From Bacillota bacterium (GTDB lineage: Bacteria > Bacillota > UBA4882 > JBLNCG01), in the NCBI GenBank assembly GCA_050260475.1, contig JBLNCG010000061.1:79559-143558 (forward strand): a DNA stretch of 64,000 bases, given 5' to 3'. The notes beneath the pieces were generated by a model. The model did no database searches, was not told where the DNA came from, and was given only the letters and a program-made list of their open reading frames with translations. Below are positions 1 to 9,780 of the stretch, piece by piece; the first letter of the stretch is position 1, and every line of letters starts with the position of its first letter. The position numbers and the translations under genes are program-made.

Positions 1-963
1 CTCGGTGAACGCGTCGCTGGCATTGCTGACCAGCTCCGCCCCTTCCTCCACCGCCTGCCGTCCGACCTTCATGGCTTCCACGGCGGCCTGGGTTTCTATT
101 TGAATTTCTTTAATCATATTAACAATCTGTGCGGCGGAATTGGTGGACTGCTCAGCCAGCGAGCGGACTTCGTCCGCAACCACCGAAAAGCCCCGGCCGT
201 GTTCGCCCGCCCTGGCCGCCTCAATGGCCGCATTCAAGGCCAGCAGGTTGGTCTGCCTGGAAATGCCCCTGATCACGTCCACAATCTTTCCGATCTCCTG
301 GGAGCGCTGCCCCAGACGCCGGACAACCTCAGCGGACTGTCCCACTGTGTCCCGCACCCTTAAGATCCTGTCCTTGGCCGATTGGGCCAATTCCATGCCG
401 TTTTTGGCCAGGTGAGAGGCCTGGGTTGACAACCCGGACGCCCTCTGCGCCTCGATGGCAACCTGCTGGGCGATGGAAGCCATCTGCTGGGCCGCCTCGG
501 ACGTCTGCTCTATGTTGAGGGATTGCTCCTCGGTGCCCCGGGCGATTTGCTCGACGGTGCTGCTGATCTCCTGCGTGGCGATTTGTACGGATTCGGTCAA
601 CTTAAACATGTCCTGAGCCGCCATGGCCAACTGCTCCGAGGCATCAAGGTTTTCCTCCAGCATCGCACGCCACTGATCCGTGGTCTCGTTGATGGCTTTA
701 AACAAGGTGCCGAATTCGCCCTTGGTCGACCCCATCTGGAACGACAAATCGTTGTTTCTCAGCATATCGAAAACGTCCTGCATAATCCGCAAATCACTGA
801 ATGTGGTTCTGTTCAATATCACAAACAAGGCAACCACCAGCGCTATCGGAGCTAATGCGGTCAACAGAAAATACATGGTGGAAGTTTTTTCAAAATACGA
901 TCCCCCATATACTGAAGCTACGATGAGGCAAATAAAAAACACCAATAAATACGGTAATTTCAC
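1..963 (-). CDS. methyl-accepting chemotaxis protein (N-terminal ~321 codons; C-terminus runs off the left window edge)
   Basis: My own minus-strand translation from GTG at 963 (GGAGG 7 nt upstream) stays open to position 1. Two N-terminal hydrophobic segments are followed by the conserved MCP signalling hairpin [37 protein letters not shown]. It is absent from the ORF track because no stop codon lies inside the window. Confidence 0.88.
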   Translation of the reverse strand, partial: MKLPYLLVFFICLIVASVYGGSYFEKTSTMYFLLTALAPIALVVALFVILNRTTFSDLRIMQDVFDMLRNNDLSFQMGSTKGEFGTLFKAINETTDQWRAMLEENLDASEQLAMAAQDMFKLTESVQIATQEISSTVEQIARGTEEQSLNIEQTSEAAQQMASIAQQVAIEAQRASGLSTQASHLAKNGMELAQSAKDRILRVRDTVGQSAEVVRRLGQRSQEIGKIVDVIRGISRQTNLLALNAAIEAARAGEHGRGFSVVADEVRSLAEQSTNSAAQIVNMIKEIQIETQAAVEAMKVGRQAVEEGAELVSNASDAFTE

Positions 964-1133
964 GGCGACCCCTCCTGCCTCCAGTTGCCTGCCTATCAAT
1001 TAGTTACCATTTCGACAAGAAATCGCTTATTCCTGCAGATAAGGCAATATTCACCGGCGCAACGGGTTTACGGAAAAAATCCGGCGGACGTCATTATATA
1101 TATCGGTATATCGCAAATACAGGTTAATATCTG

Positions 1134-1250
1134 AGCAATTTGCGTTGTTTATGACGATTTTACGTCTTGCCTCTAAATATCCATCGCCTAATGGCAGCCA
1201 TACGCTATATTAAGCGGCAAAACCTGGAATTTAAAGTAACAACGCCATTT
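1134..1250 (+). repeat. family A nested-palindrome intergenic repeat, copy A1 (full length)
   Basis: The outer arms are GCAATTTGCGTTGTT and AACAACGCCATT. The inner arms are ACGTCTTGCCTCTAAATAT and TATATTAAGCGGCAAAAC. It aligns with copies at 32152, 35996, 36835 and 44913. Confidence 0.8.
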
Positions 1251-1260
1251 CCTTATATGG

Positions 1261-1298
1261 AAAAAAACGGCCGACCGAATCCCCGGACAACCGTTTTT
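1261..1298 (-). terminator. intrinsic terminator downstream of secG
   Basis: The minus strand reads AACGGTTGTCCGG-GGATT-CGGTCGGCCGTTTTTTT, a GC-rich imperfect stem followed by a T7 tract. It lies 28 nt after the secG stop codon. Confidence 0.55.
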
Positions 1299-1325
1299 GC
1301 ATCCTCGCTTTATCCCACCGGATGT

Positions 1326-1568
1326 TTACTGATAATATTTCGCCATAATCCTGATGGCAAGCACCAGCACGAAGAAGAGGCTGGCGAAGATCAGGGTCAT
1401 GCGGTCCAAAAAACCTTCCAGGCCTTTGTTTTTTGCAAAGAAAAGGTTGGCCCCGCCGCCGATGCTCCCCAGCCCTTCGGCCTTGCTGGATTGAAAAGCC
1501 ACCACAAATGTCAAGACGACGGAAACAACGAAGACCACGATCTTCAATATATTAGAGATTATATCCAT
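1326..1568 (-). CDS. secG: preprotein translocase subunit SecG
   Basis: An 80-aa protein with two hydrophobic helices flanking a glycine-rich loop (GLGSIGGGANLFF). Its size and architecture are typical of SecG, and it sits next to secDF. Confidence 0.82.
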   Translation of the reverse strand: MDIISNILKIVVFVVSVVLTFVVAFQSSKAEGLGSIGGGANLFFAKNKGLEGFLDRMTLIFASLFFVLVLAIRIMAKYYQ

Positions 1569-1633
1569 TCAGCCGTTCACACTCCTTATGCCGTCCGGCT
1601 TTAAGCCGGCCCCGCCCGGCGCCGGACTTGTAT

Positions 1634-1662
1634 ATTATAGCACAGTCCGTTTTTTTTGGCAA
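1634..1662 (-). promoter_or_regulatory. sigma-A type promoter candidate for secG
   Basis: The minus strand reads TTGCCA, a 17-nt spacer, then TATAAT with a TGc extended -10. It lies about 65 nt upstream of the secG start. Confidence 0.45.
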
Positions 1663-1765
1663 CAACCCCAGGCAAGCTTCGGAGAATTAAAAACTACCTC
1701 GGGATAAACTGTGCACGGTGTATCTTAGGTTCGGCCATATTTTCGCTGCGCGAAAAATCGTATTA

Positions 1766-2719
1766 TCAAATTCCCGCTTTGACGAACGGCTGTTTGCTCC
1801 GCTGCTTCTTCTCGGTCCAGCTCCTCCAGATAACCCAGAGGGCGCTGGCGATGAAAATGGACGAGTAAGTCCCTGTGATCACGCCCACGATCATGGAAAG
1901 CGTGAACTCATGGATGGAGGGCACCAGCAAAAACAAGGGAATAATCGCCACTATCGTGGTGCCGCCGGTATTGATGCAGCGCCGCCAGACGGACAAAATG
2001 GCCCGGTTCACCAATTCCTCGAAAGTCTCTCCCTTCTTGCGCGCTTTCATATTCTCCCGGATCCTGTCGTAAATCACGATGGTGTCGTTGATGGAATAGC
2101 CGACCGTGGTGAGTACCGCCGCCAGGAACGGTCCGTTTACCTCCAGGCGCAGCAGGGAAGCCATGCCCATTACCACAATCACATCATGAACAAGGGCAAC
2201 CACCGCCGTTACTCCGGATTTGAACTCAAACCGGAAGCTGACATAGAGCAGGATGCCGACGGAGCTCCAGATGACGGCCCAGATGGCCTTGGCCAGCAGT
2301 TCCCGGCCCAGGGACGGTTCCACCCTGTAAACATTGACGTCCTCGTAATGAAATCCCTTGCCGTATTCAGGGGAAAGGATTCTTCCCAGCTCCTCCAGGA
2401 CCTTCCGGACCTGGCTTTCAGACAATGCGCGGGTGCGCAGGATCATCCCGTATTCCGCTTTTGCCTGAAGATTTACGCTCCGGCGCGGTTGGACCTGGAC
2501 GCGCAGGCGCATTCCCGCCAGCTCGGGCGACGATTCGATGGCCTTCAATACGGTCTCCGCCCTGATGGGCTTGGACAATTGAATCTCCATATTGGTCCCG
2601 CCCGTATATTCGATGCCCGCGTTCATGCCGTTTTTCCAGATGGAAAAGAGGGAAAGCGCCAAAAAGACGGCGGAAACGGTGAGCCAGATTTTGCGCGTGC
2701 CGATGATATTCATATTCAT
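1766..2719 (-). CDS. secF: protein translocase subunit SecF
   Basis: 317 aa and multi-TM, with the conserved block GYSINDTIVIYDRIRE. It overlaps the upstream secD by 4 nt. Confidence 0.93.
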   Translation of the reverse strand: MNMNIIGTRKIWLTVSAVFLALSLFSIWKNGMNAGIEYTGGTNMEIQLSKPIRAETVLKAIESSPELAGMRLRVQVQPRRSVNLQAKAEYGMILRTRALSESQVRKVLEELGRILSPEYGKGFHYEDVNVYRVEPSLGRELLAKAIWAVIWSSVGILLYVSFRFEFKSGVTAVVALVHDVIVVMGMASLLRLEVNGPFLAAVLTTVGYSINDTIVIYDRIRENMKARKKGETFEELVNRAILSVWRRCINTGGTTIVAIIPLFLLVPSIHEFTLSMIVGVITGTYSSIFIASALWVIWRSWTEKKQRSKQPFVKAGI

Positions 2720-4227
2720 TGGACCGCACCTCCCTTATGCCCAAAAAGGCGGGCGAACCTGTCCGGGTTCTTATCCACGGCCGCATCTATGAACAGCCGG
2801 GTGACGGCAATCGCCGTGATCATGCTGATGACAATACCGACGCTCAAGGTGACTGAAAATCCCTTCACCGGACCCGTGCCGAAGATGAACAGGCAAAAGG
2901 CCGTGATCAGGGTGGTGATGTTGGAGTCGATGATGGTGCTCCAGGACCTCTCGAATCCGGCCCCTATGGCTGACCGCAGCCGTTTGCCCAGCTTCAGCTC
3001 CTCCTTGATCCTTTCAAAGATGATGACATTGGCGTCTACGGCCATCCCCACCGACAGGATGAACCCGGCGATGCCCGGCAGGGTCAATACAAACCTGAAC
3101 AGCGCCATCACTGCGAGAACCCCCGTGGCGTACACCAGCAGGGCAAAGTCCGCCAGCGTCCCGGGGAACAGATAACAGACGATCATATAGAGCAGCACCA
3201 GTATGCCGCCTATAATCACCGCCCATTTGCTGGTCTGAATGACCTTGGCGCCCAGGGACGGGTCGATTTTTTGGGAGGACACCGTTTTCAGCGCTACCGG
3301 CATGGCCCCCGCCTTAATGATCTGGGCATAGGAGCTGACCTTGCCGTAGCTGTTGTTGTCCTGGCCCATGGTGATTCGCCCCTGGCCGTTGGGTATCCGG
3401 CTCTCAATCACGGGATCCATCAGCATTTCCTCATCCAGATATATGGCAAGCTTCTGCCTGATATGGCTTCCGGTATATTGGTCAAAAATTTTGCTTCCTG
3501 TATCGTCCAACTGGAATTCGATGCAGTAACCGTAGTGCTCCTGATCCGGAGCGACCTGGGCATCCTTCACATGCTCCCCTTCCAGCACGACGACCCCCAG
3601 GGGATCCCTGAAGGTGAGTTTGCCCGTCCTGCCCAGTACGGCCTCCAGTTCCTGCGGCTTGTTATATCCGGGGGCCTGGACCTGGATCCGGTTCTGCTCC
3701 GGAATCAACCGGACCTGCGATTCCTTGACGCCGATCCCGTTGATGCGCTGTTCCACAATGGTCTTGGCGCTGTCCATCTTCTCGCGGGAAACCACTTCAT
3801 CCACGATCACGCGCAGTTTGGTGGGATCCTTGCTCAAAACAACGGGCTTCAGGATCAGCTCCTTCTTGATCCCGGACTCGCTTTTCCAGGTATATTCACG
3901 GGGTACCAGTTTGGAGGCGTCCCGCGCCCCCTCCTCGTCCGCCATATCGAACAGGATGCCTTCCCTGTTTTTGTCCACGGATTGGCTGTTTTCCATGGCG
4001 ATCTGGTTTTTCACGAACTTGTCCCAAAAATCCGCGCCTACCTGCCGCAGGACTTCTTCATCCACCCTCGTGTCCGCGTCGAGATTCAGCAGGATTCCGC
4101 CCCGCAGATCAAGCCCGAGATTGATGGGGAGATAGTAAATGATAAACGCTCCTGCCGCGAGAATTGCGGCTAAAATGAGAAATCTCCAGAAATGCTCTGT
4201 TCGCAATAGCCATTCCTCCTTAAACAA
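2716..4227 (-). CDS. secD: protein translocase subunit SecD
   Basis: 503 aa with a large periplasmic-type loop and the C-terminal block LTLPGIAGFILSVGMAVDANVIIFERIKEEL. The start is uncertain: TTG at 4227 per the ORF track, or an in-frame TTG at 4206 that is preceded by AAGGAGG. Confidence 0.93.
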   Translation of the reverse strand: MFKEEWLLRTEHFWRFLILAAILAAGAFIIYYLPINLGLDLRGGILLNLDADTRVDEEVLRQVGADFWDKFVKNQIAMENSQSVDKNREGILFDMADEEGARDASKLVPREYTWKSESGIKKELILKPVVLSKDPTKLRVIVDEVVSREKMDSAKTIVEQRINGIGVKESQVRLIPEQNRIQVQAPGYNKPQELEAVLGRTGKLTFRDPLGVVVLEGEHVKDAQVAPDQEHYGYCIEFQLDDTGSKIFDQYTGSHIRQKLAIYLDEEMLMDPVIESRIPNGQGRITMGQDNNSYGKVSSYAQIIKAGAMPVALKTVSSQKIDPSLGAKVIQTSKWAVIIGGILVLLYMIVCYLFPGTLADFALLVYATGVLAVMALFRFVLTLPGIAGFILSVGMAVDANVIIFERIKEELKLGKRLRSAIGAGFERSWSTIIDSNITTLITAFCLFIFGTGPVKGFSVTLSVGIVISMITAIAVTRLFIDAAVDKNPDRFARLFGHKGGAVQ

Positions 4228-4269
4228 TCGGCTTTACAGCGCATGCAATCCCTTTTTTCACACTTTTTT

Positions 4270-4298
4270 ATTATATTTCTTTCTTTTTGGCTTGTCAA
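4270..4298 (-). promoter_or_regulatory. consensus sigma-A promoter candidate for secDF
   Basis: The minus strand reads TTGACA, a 17-nt spacer (agccaaaaagaaagaaa), then TATAAT. It sits in an AT-rich gap between tgt and secD. Confidence 0.5.
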
Positions 4299-4382
4299 CA
4301 AAACGTTGAGGACAGTATTTGTCAAACATGCATTCGGGAAGTAAACCTTGAATAAATAATCAAATATAAAATAAATCACTTT

Positions 4383-5522
4383 TCAGATGTCCGCTGAAAA
4401 ATACCCCGCCAGGAACTCCTTCTTCGCTTCCTCGAAACAATCCGCCGCTAGGGCGCGGCGCATTTCCTCCATCAGGCGGGTCAGGAAATGCACGTTGTGC
4501 ATGGTCAGCAGGCGCATGCCCAGCAGTTCCCCGGATTTCAGCAGATGCCTGAGATAGGAGCGGGTGAAATTAAGGCAGGCATGGCAGCCGCAGGCCTCTT
4601 CCAGGGGGCGGAAATCCCGGGCATATGCCGCATCCCTGATGATCATCCGTCCCCTTTGAGTCATCACCGTGCCATGGCGGGCCATCCGGGTCGGCCACAC
4701 GCAGTCGAAGAGATCGATCCCCCTGGCCACTCCCTCCCACAGGCAGTCCGGAGATCCGACTCCCATCAAGTACCGCGGTTTTTCCTCCGGCAGAAAAGGT
4801 ATAGTAACGTCAAGCATTTCATACATCTGCTCCTTCGGCTCGCCCACGCTCAATCCCCCTATGGCGTATCCGGGCAATTCCAGCGCGGTTATCTCCTCCG
4901 CGCTGCGCCGCCGCAAATCCGCAAAAACCCCCCCCTGGACGATGCCGAATAAGGCCTGGGCGGCGTCGGTCTTGGCTTTTTTACACCGGATCGCCCAGCT
5001 TGTCGTCCGTTTCACCGCATCCAGGATCTCCCGGCGGGAGCCGGAGTAAGGAGGACATTCATCAAAGGACATGATAATATCGGCTCCAAGAGCCTCCTGA
5101 ATTTCCATCACTTTCTCCGGAGTAAACAGATGCCTGGAACCGTCCAGGTGGGAATAAAAGGCCACACCGTCATCGTCGATTTTACGCAGTTTGGACAGGG
5201 AGAACACTTGAAATCCTCCGCTGTCCGTCAATATCGGCCGATCCCATGACATGAAGCCGTGCAGCCCGCCGGCCTCCCGGATTATATCCGGTCCGGGCCT
5301 CAAAAAGAGGTGATAGGTGTTGGCGAGAATGATCCGGGCGCCGACTGATTTTAAATCTTCCGGGCTCAACGTCTTTACGCTGGCCTGGGTGCCTACGGGC
5401 ATAAACGCGGGCGTCTCCACCGCCCCGTGGCGCGTGGTGATCCTGCCAAGCCGCCCACGATTTTCTGCGGACTTTTTTTTCAGTTCGAAATGAAATGGAT
5501 TTTCCATGGGCATCAATCCCAC
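4383..5522 (-). CDS. tgt: queuine tRNA-ribosyltransferase (tRNA-guanine transglycosylase)
   Basis: 379 aa with the motifs GGLSVGEP and LMGVGSPD and the zinc site CGCHAC..H. It is adjacent to queA. Confidence 0.97.
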   Translation of the reverse strand: MGLMPMENPFHFELKKKSAENRGRLGRITTRHGAVETPAFMPVGTQASVKTLSPEDLKSVGARIILANTYHLFLRPGPDIIREAGGLHGFMSWDRPILTDSGGFQVFSLSKLRKIDDDGVAFYSHLDGSRHLFTPEKVMEIQEALGADIIMSFDECPPYSGSRREILDAVKRTTSWAIRCKKAKTDAAQALFGIVQGGVFADLRRRSAEEITALELPGYAIGGLSVGEPKEQMYEMLDVTIPFLPEEKPRYLMGVGSPDCLWEGVARGIDLFDCVWPTRMARHGTVMTQRGRMIIRDAAYARDFRPLEEACGCHACLNFTRSYLRHLLKSGELLGMRLLTMHNVHFLTRLMEEMRRALAADCFEEAKKEFLAGYFSADI

Positions 5523-6550
5523 TTCTCATTGCAGATCAACATGGCGTCTCCGAAGCTGAAAAATCTGTATCCGGCCCGGATCGCCTCCCGGTAGGCGCCA
5601 AACATTCTTTCCCTGCCCGCAAAGGCTGAGACCATCATCAGCAGAGAGGAACGGGGAAGATGAAAATTGGTCACCAGCCCGTCCACGGTGCGGAAACGGA
5701 ATCCCGGGTATATAAAAAGATCCGTCCAGGCGCTGCCGGAGGAAATATTTCCATCCGTACCGGTGAACGTCTCCAGGGTCCGGGCTACCGTGGTTCCCAC
5801 GGCGATAATCCTCCGGCCCTGCGTTTTGGAATCCCGGATCAGGGCGGCGGTCTCCGGGGAAACGCTGCAGAATTCCCGGTGTATCCGGTGATCCTCCAGA
5901 TGTGCCGTCCGGACCGGGCGAAAAGTATCCAGCCCTACGTGCAGCGTGACAAAGGCCTCACCGATACCCTTATTTCCCAGTTTTTCCATGAGCTCAGGAG
6001 TAAAATGCAGCCCCGCGGTAGGCGCGGCAGCGGAACCGTCCACCCGGGCGTATATGGTCTGGTACCTGTCCTGATCCTTCAACGGGGCATGTATGTATGG
6101 AGGAAGAGGCATTTGGCCCAGGCGTCGAATTGCCTCCCTGACGGGGCCTTCTCCGGAAAAGGCGATGATTCTGCCTCCTGATGCCGCGCAGTCCCTGATT
6201 TCCCCCTTCAGTTCCCCGCGGCCGAACAGGATCGCCTGTCCGGGCTTAAGCCTTTTCCCCGGCCTGACCAGGGCTTCCCAAACATCCCTTTCCGTCTCCC
6301 TAAGAAGAAGGATTTCCACGGAAGCGCCCCCGCGCTCCTTCATGCCATGCAACCTGGCGGGGATTACCCTGGTGTCGTTAAACACCATCACATCCCCGCC
6401 CGTCAGAAACGAGGGAAGATCATAAAACCTTTTATGCTCGATGCGGCCGCTGGAAAAAAGTACCATCAGCCTGGAATGATCCCGCGGCTCCACCGGCTGC
6501 TGGGCGATGCGTTCCTGCGGCAGTTCATAATGAAATTCTCTTACCAGCAT
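5513..6550 (-). CDS. queA: S-adenosylmethionine:tRNA ribosyltransferase-isomerase
   Basis: 345 aa with an N-terminal FHYELPQERIAQQP and the LPLPPYI motif. The queA-tgt pairing is conserved. Confidence 0.97.
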   Translation of the reverse strand: MLVREFHYELPQERIAQQPVEPRDHSRLMVLFSSGRIEHKRFYDLPSFLTGGDVMVFNDTRVIPARLHGMKERGGASVEILLLRETERDVWEALVRPGKRLKPGQAILFGRGELKGEIRDCAASGGRIIAFSGEGPVREAIRRLGQMPLPPYIHAPLKDQDRYQTIYARVDGSAAAPTAGLHFTPELMEKLGNKGIGEAFVTLHVGLDTFRPVRTAHLEDHRIHREFCSVSPETAALIRDSKTQGRRIIAVGTTVARTLETFTGTDGNISSGSAWTDLFIYPGFRFRTVDGLVTNFHLPRSSLLMMVSAFAGRERMFGAYREAIRAGYRFFSFGDAMLICNEKWD

Positions 6551-6556
6551 GCCATC

Positions 6557-7447
6557 CTATTCCTCATCAGTCAACCCGAATTGTTTCAACAATTGCGGGG
6601 AGTTGCGCCAATTTTTCCGGACCTTTATCCAGATCTGCAAAAAGACCTTGGTCCCCAGGAAGATCTCTATGTTTTCCCTGGCTTTGGTGGCGATTTCCTT
6701 TAAACGTTTTCCATCGGCGCCGATGATTATACCTTTCTGGGATTCCTTCTCCGTGAAAATGACGGCCCGGATGAAATACAGCTCCCGATCCTGCCGCTTT
6801 CGCATCTCCTCGATCCTGACCACAATGGAATGGGGAATCTCCGCAAACGTCTGCGCCAGTATCTGCTCCCGGATGAACTCGGCGGCAAAAAATCTTTCCG
6901 GATGTTCCGTGATCATTTCCTCCGGATAATATTGCGGCCCCGCGGGAAGCAGCCCCACCATATCGTCCTCCAGCGGTTTGATCCCCTGCCCGTTCAGCGC
7001 CGAAACGGAGTAAACTTTTCCCAGCCCGAGCTCCTGCGCCTGCCGGAGTATTTTTTCCCTCTGAGCGGTCCCGGCGAGGTCGATCTTGTTCACCACGACC
7101 AGTATTGGAATTTTTAAGTCCCGCAGTTTGTCCAGAGCCAGATAGTCCTCTTCCGTCAGGCCCGGCGCTTCCAGCACAAAAAGCGCCGCATCCGCCTCAC
7201 CCAAGGCGTGCTCCGCGGTGCGGACCATGCTCTTCCCCAGCATGTGCCGGGGGAAGTGAATGCCCGGGGTGTCCAGAAAAATCACCTGATAATGTTCGCC
7301 GGTGAGAATGACTTTGATTTTGTTTCTTGTTGTCTGCGGCCTGGGCGATGTGATGGATATTTTCATGCCTGCAAACCTGTTGACCAAAGTGGATTTACCC
7401 ACATTCGGCTTTCCGATCACAGCCACAAAACCTGAACGGTGTTCCAT
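6557..7447 (-). CDS. era: GTPase Era
   Basis: It has G1 GKPNVGKST, G3 DTPG, G4 NKID and a C-terminal KH-like region. The ORF track extends to 7546, but the ATG at 7447 has a GAGGA RBS 5 nt upstream and avoids overlap with the GNAT gene. Confidence 0.94.
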   Translation of the reverse strand: MEHRSGFVAVIGKPNVGKSTLVNRFAGMKISITSPRPQTTRNKIKVILTGEHYQVIFLDTPGIHFPRHMLGKSMVRTAEHALGEADAALFVLEAPGLTEEDYLALDKLRDLKIPILVVVNKIDLAGTAQREKILRQAQELGLGKVYSVSALNGQGIKPLEDDMVGLLPAGPQYYPEEMITEHPERFFAAEFIREQILAQTFAEIPHSIVVRIEEMRKRQDRELYFIRAVIFTEKESQKGIIIGADGKRLKEIATKARENIEIFLGTKVFLQIWIKVRKNWRNSPQLLKQFGLTDEE

Positions 7448-7512
7448 GTCAATCCTCGCTTCTCCTTCGGCCGGCGCTCCAGGCGCGTCATCGAACGGTC
7501 GACGGAGCTCCT

Positions 7513-7992
7513 TCAGGCGCCGGGAAATCCCAGCCTCATCAGCCATCTGTATTCTCCCCGGCCGTATTCATCCGGAAGCTCCTTTATCTTATGAAATCCC
7601 ATATCTTCATACAACCGCAGCGCGCACCGGTTGTCCGGCGCCACGGTCAGTTCGACACCGCGTATCCCGTCTTTCTCCAAGGATTCAAGGCACTTCCCCA
7701 AAAACCATCTCCCGTATCCTTTCCCCCGGAAATCGGGATGGATGCCGAAGCTGAGTAAAAAACCGCAATCCTTCCGCAACCAGCTGCGAAAAAATTCCGC
7801 CACGCCGATCAACTGCTGCCGTAACCTCAGGCTGTATACCTTGCCGCAACGGATGAGCGGCGCCATAATCCAGATGGAAGCGCTTCCGGCGCCGAAAATA
7901 GTCCCGTCGAGAGCCGCCAGTTCTTCCTTTTCCCGCAAATCCCCCGGTTCAACCTCGGCGAAAACCGGGCTTTCAGGATACCCGGTATTCAA
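7513..7992 (-). CDS. GNAT family N-acetyltransferase
   Basis: 159 aa with the acetyl-CoA motif A, FRGKGYGRWFL, and a C-terminal LYEDMGF. Confidence 0.8.
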   Translation of the reverse strand: MNTGYPESPVFAEVEPGDLREKEELAALDGTIFGAGSASIWIMAPLIRCGKVYSLRLRQQLIGVAEFFRSWLRKDCGFLLSFGIHPDFRGKGYGRWFLGKCLESLEKDGIRGVELTVAPDNRCALRLYEDMGFHKIKELPDEYGRGEYRWLMRLGFPGA

Positions 7993-8399
7993 GGCCTTTT
8001 CCCCCCCTTCCCCAAATGCCCGTAGCCGAAACCGAGCGGCAGCAATTCCATCAGTATTTTACGCCGGAGATCCCCCTTATGGTTGATCATAATCACTTCC
8101 ACATCCGGCCCGAATTCCGAAAGAAACTGAAGGCAGGCCCCGCAGGGCGGACAAACCGGGTCGCTTTCCGCATATATGGCTATTTGGGAAAACCGCTGCG
8201 CCCCTTCGGAAACCGCTTTCAGCGCAACGGTCCTCTCCGCACACACGGTCATCCCGTATGAAGCGTTTTCCACGTTGCACCCGGTAAAAATCCTGCCGTC
8301 CTCCGCGAGCAGCGCAGCCCCCACCCGAAAACCCGAATATGGGGCATACGCCTTAAGCGCCGCATTTTTAGCCGCTGTGAAAAGGGCATCTTCAGCCAC
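7989..8399 (-). CDS. cdd: cytidine deaminase
   Basis: 136 aa with the zinc ligand motifs CAERTV and CPPCGACLQFL. It has a GTG start and a 4-nt overlap with the GNAT gene. Confidence 0.93.
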   Translation of the reverse strand: MAEDALFTAAKNAALKAYAPYSGFRVGAALLAEDGRIFTGCNVENASYGMTVCAERTVALKAVSEGAQRFSQIAIYAESDPVCPPCGACLQFLSEFGPDVEVIMINHKGDLRRKILMELLPLGFGYGHLGKGGKRP

Positions 8400-8593
8400 C
8401 GGTTATCCCCCCCCTTAATCATGCCCCAACTTTCCCACTTAAGGCAATTGTGTTGTTAAAAACATCGTCTGTTCTTGTCCCACACGATCATATAAATATT
8501 TTTCAGATATAATTTTGATTTATCTGTTTCGCATTGCAAGAACAGAAAGATACGACTTTGCTGCCGGGCTAAATTGACATGCAAGAGTTGAGA

Positions 8594-9307
8594 TTATAAG
8601 AAAAAAACCTGGTAAATCAGAAGCGTACTCAATATACCCAGTAAAGCCCCGGCCAGAACCTCCAGAACCGTATGTGTCCCGCTTTCCACTCTGCTTTCCG
8701 CCACCAGGAGGCAAAGCAAGAGCACCAGCAGCGTCACCAGGGGGCGGGCGTTTTTACCGGACAGGATCACCACCGCCGTGCCCAGCGCAAAACTCAACGC
8801 ACTGTGACCGCTGGGCATGCCGCCTTTCAGAAAAGTGCCGCGCTTTTTATTATAACTCTTCCCCGCAATCACCAGCACGGCTACCAGTAGAAGGACGGCA
8901 AGGGTTATGGTAGGGGGATTGGCGGTGATTCTAAAGAAAGGTTTGTGAATAAAATTGCTGATTTCATCCACAAAAATGATATACCCGATGACGGCGGCGG
9001 CGACGGCGGAAACCAGCACCGCGCCGGCGGCTACGTTTTTGGCGATTTTAGCCAGCGGATGAAAATCCTCGGTGATCAGATCGATGGTCTTCTCAATGGC
9101 CGTATTCATGAGTTCCGCCACTATCACTGTAGATACGGCCACTACAAGCATCAATTTCTCCACCGGACTGATGGGAAAAAGGATGCATAAAAAAGCTACC
9201 AGAAACGCCAGGGCGAAATGGATTTTCAAATTCACCTGGGTGCGGAGGGCATAGAGTAGGCCTTCAATAGCCACATTGAAGCTTTCTATAAGGTTCCTCG
9301 GTCTCAA
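8594..9307 (-). CDS. fusion of a DgkA-family lipid kinase (undecaprenol/diacylglycerol kinase) and a PAP2 phosphatase
   Basis: The N-terminal half has DgkA blocks (ESFNVAIEGLLYA, VAELMNTAIE, AKNVAAGAVL). The C-terminal half has the PAP2 motifs PSGH and SRVESGTHTVLEV. Confidence 0.8.
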   Translation of the reverse strand: MRPRNLIESFNVAIEGLLYALRTQVNLKIHFALAFLVAFLCILFPISPVEKLMLVVAVSTVIVAELMNTAIEKTIDLITEDFHPLAKIAKNVAAGAVLVSAVAAAVIGYIIFVDEISNFIHKPFFRITANPPTITLAVLLLVAVLVIAGKSYNKKRGTFLKGGMPSGHSALSFALGTAVVILSGKNARPLVTLLVLLLCLLVAESRVESGTHTVLEVLAGALLGILSTLLIYQVFFL

Positions 9308-9780
9308 CGCGGGTACTCCCCGACATATTTGCGGTAAATCTCCGCTTCTTTTTCGCGCATGTCGGCGTTCTCCTCTTCCGTGCGGTGGTCGAAGCCCAGC
9401 AGATGCAGCAGACCGTGGATCATCAGGATGCAGACCTCCTGCTCAACGGAATGCCCATGCTCCATAGCCTGTTCCGACGCTTTCTCCACGGAAATTACGA
9501 TATCCCCCAGCAATTCCGGCTGGCCGCCGGGTTCGCGCACGTCCGGCTCGGAGAATGCTTTCTCCAAAAGGGCGAAGGCCAGGACATCGGTGGGCTCATC
9601 GATCCCCCGGTAATCCCGGTTGTATTCCCGCATCTGCCGGTTGTCAACAAGGAGAACGCCCGCTTCCGCTTCGAGGTGATCAAAATCGCCAAGCACGGCT
9701 TCGGCAATGCCGGGAAGTCCTGCCGAAAGGCGCGGAGGGAAAACCGCATCCGCCTCGGGAGTGCTATTTATGTGCATCAT
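9304..9780 (-). CDS. ybeY: rRNA maturation endoribonuclease YbeY
   Basis: 158 aa with the metal-binding motif HGLLHLLGFDH. Confidence 0.95.
   Translation of the reverse strand: MMHINSTPEADAVFPPRLSAGLPGIAEAVLGDFDHLEAEAGVLLVDNRQMREYNRDYRGIDEPTDVLAFALLEKAFSEPDVREPGGQPELLGDIVISVEKASEQAMEHGHSVEQEVCILMIHGLLHLLGFDHRTEEENADMREKEAEIYRKYVGEYPR

Noticed and set aside
1718..3175. A 485-codon + strand ORF. Similar long + strand ORFs lie at 16091..17059, 43540..44604, 46968..48350 and 58247..59455.
   Set aside because: Each lies entirely antisense to a gene with strong family motifs (secDF, mtaB, tip proteins, pilB). Their translations are low-complexity, rich in Arg/Gly/Pro/His, with no recognisable motifs. 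This is typical of shadow ORFs opposite GC-rich third positions.
4170..4379. A 69-aa minus-strand ORF in the tgt-secD gap, where yajC is found in many Firmicutes.
   Set aside because: The sequence (MIYFIFDYLFKVYFPNACL…CEKRDCMRCKADC…) has no YajC-like TM plus charged tail. It overlaps the secD start, and the region is better explained as an AT-rich promoter (TTGACA-17-TATAAT). No yajC is called.
8451..8470. AAGGCAATTGTGTTGTT in the cdd / dgkA-PAP2 spacer as another family A copy.
   Set aside because: Only one outer arm is recognisable, and no partner arm or inner stem is present. It is too short to call, so I note it only as a possible vestige.
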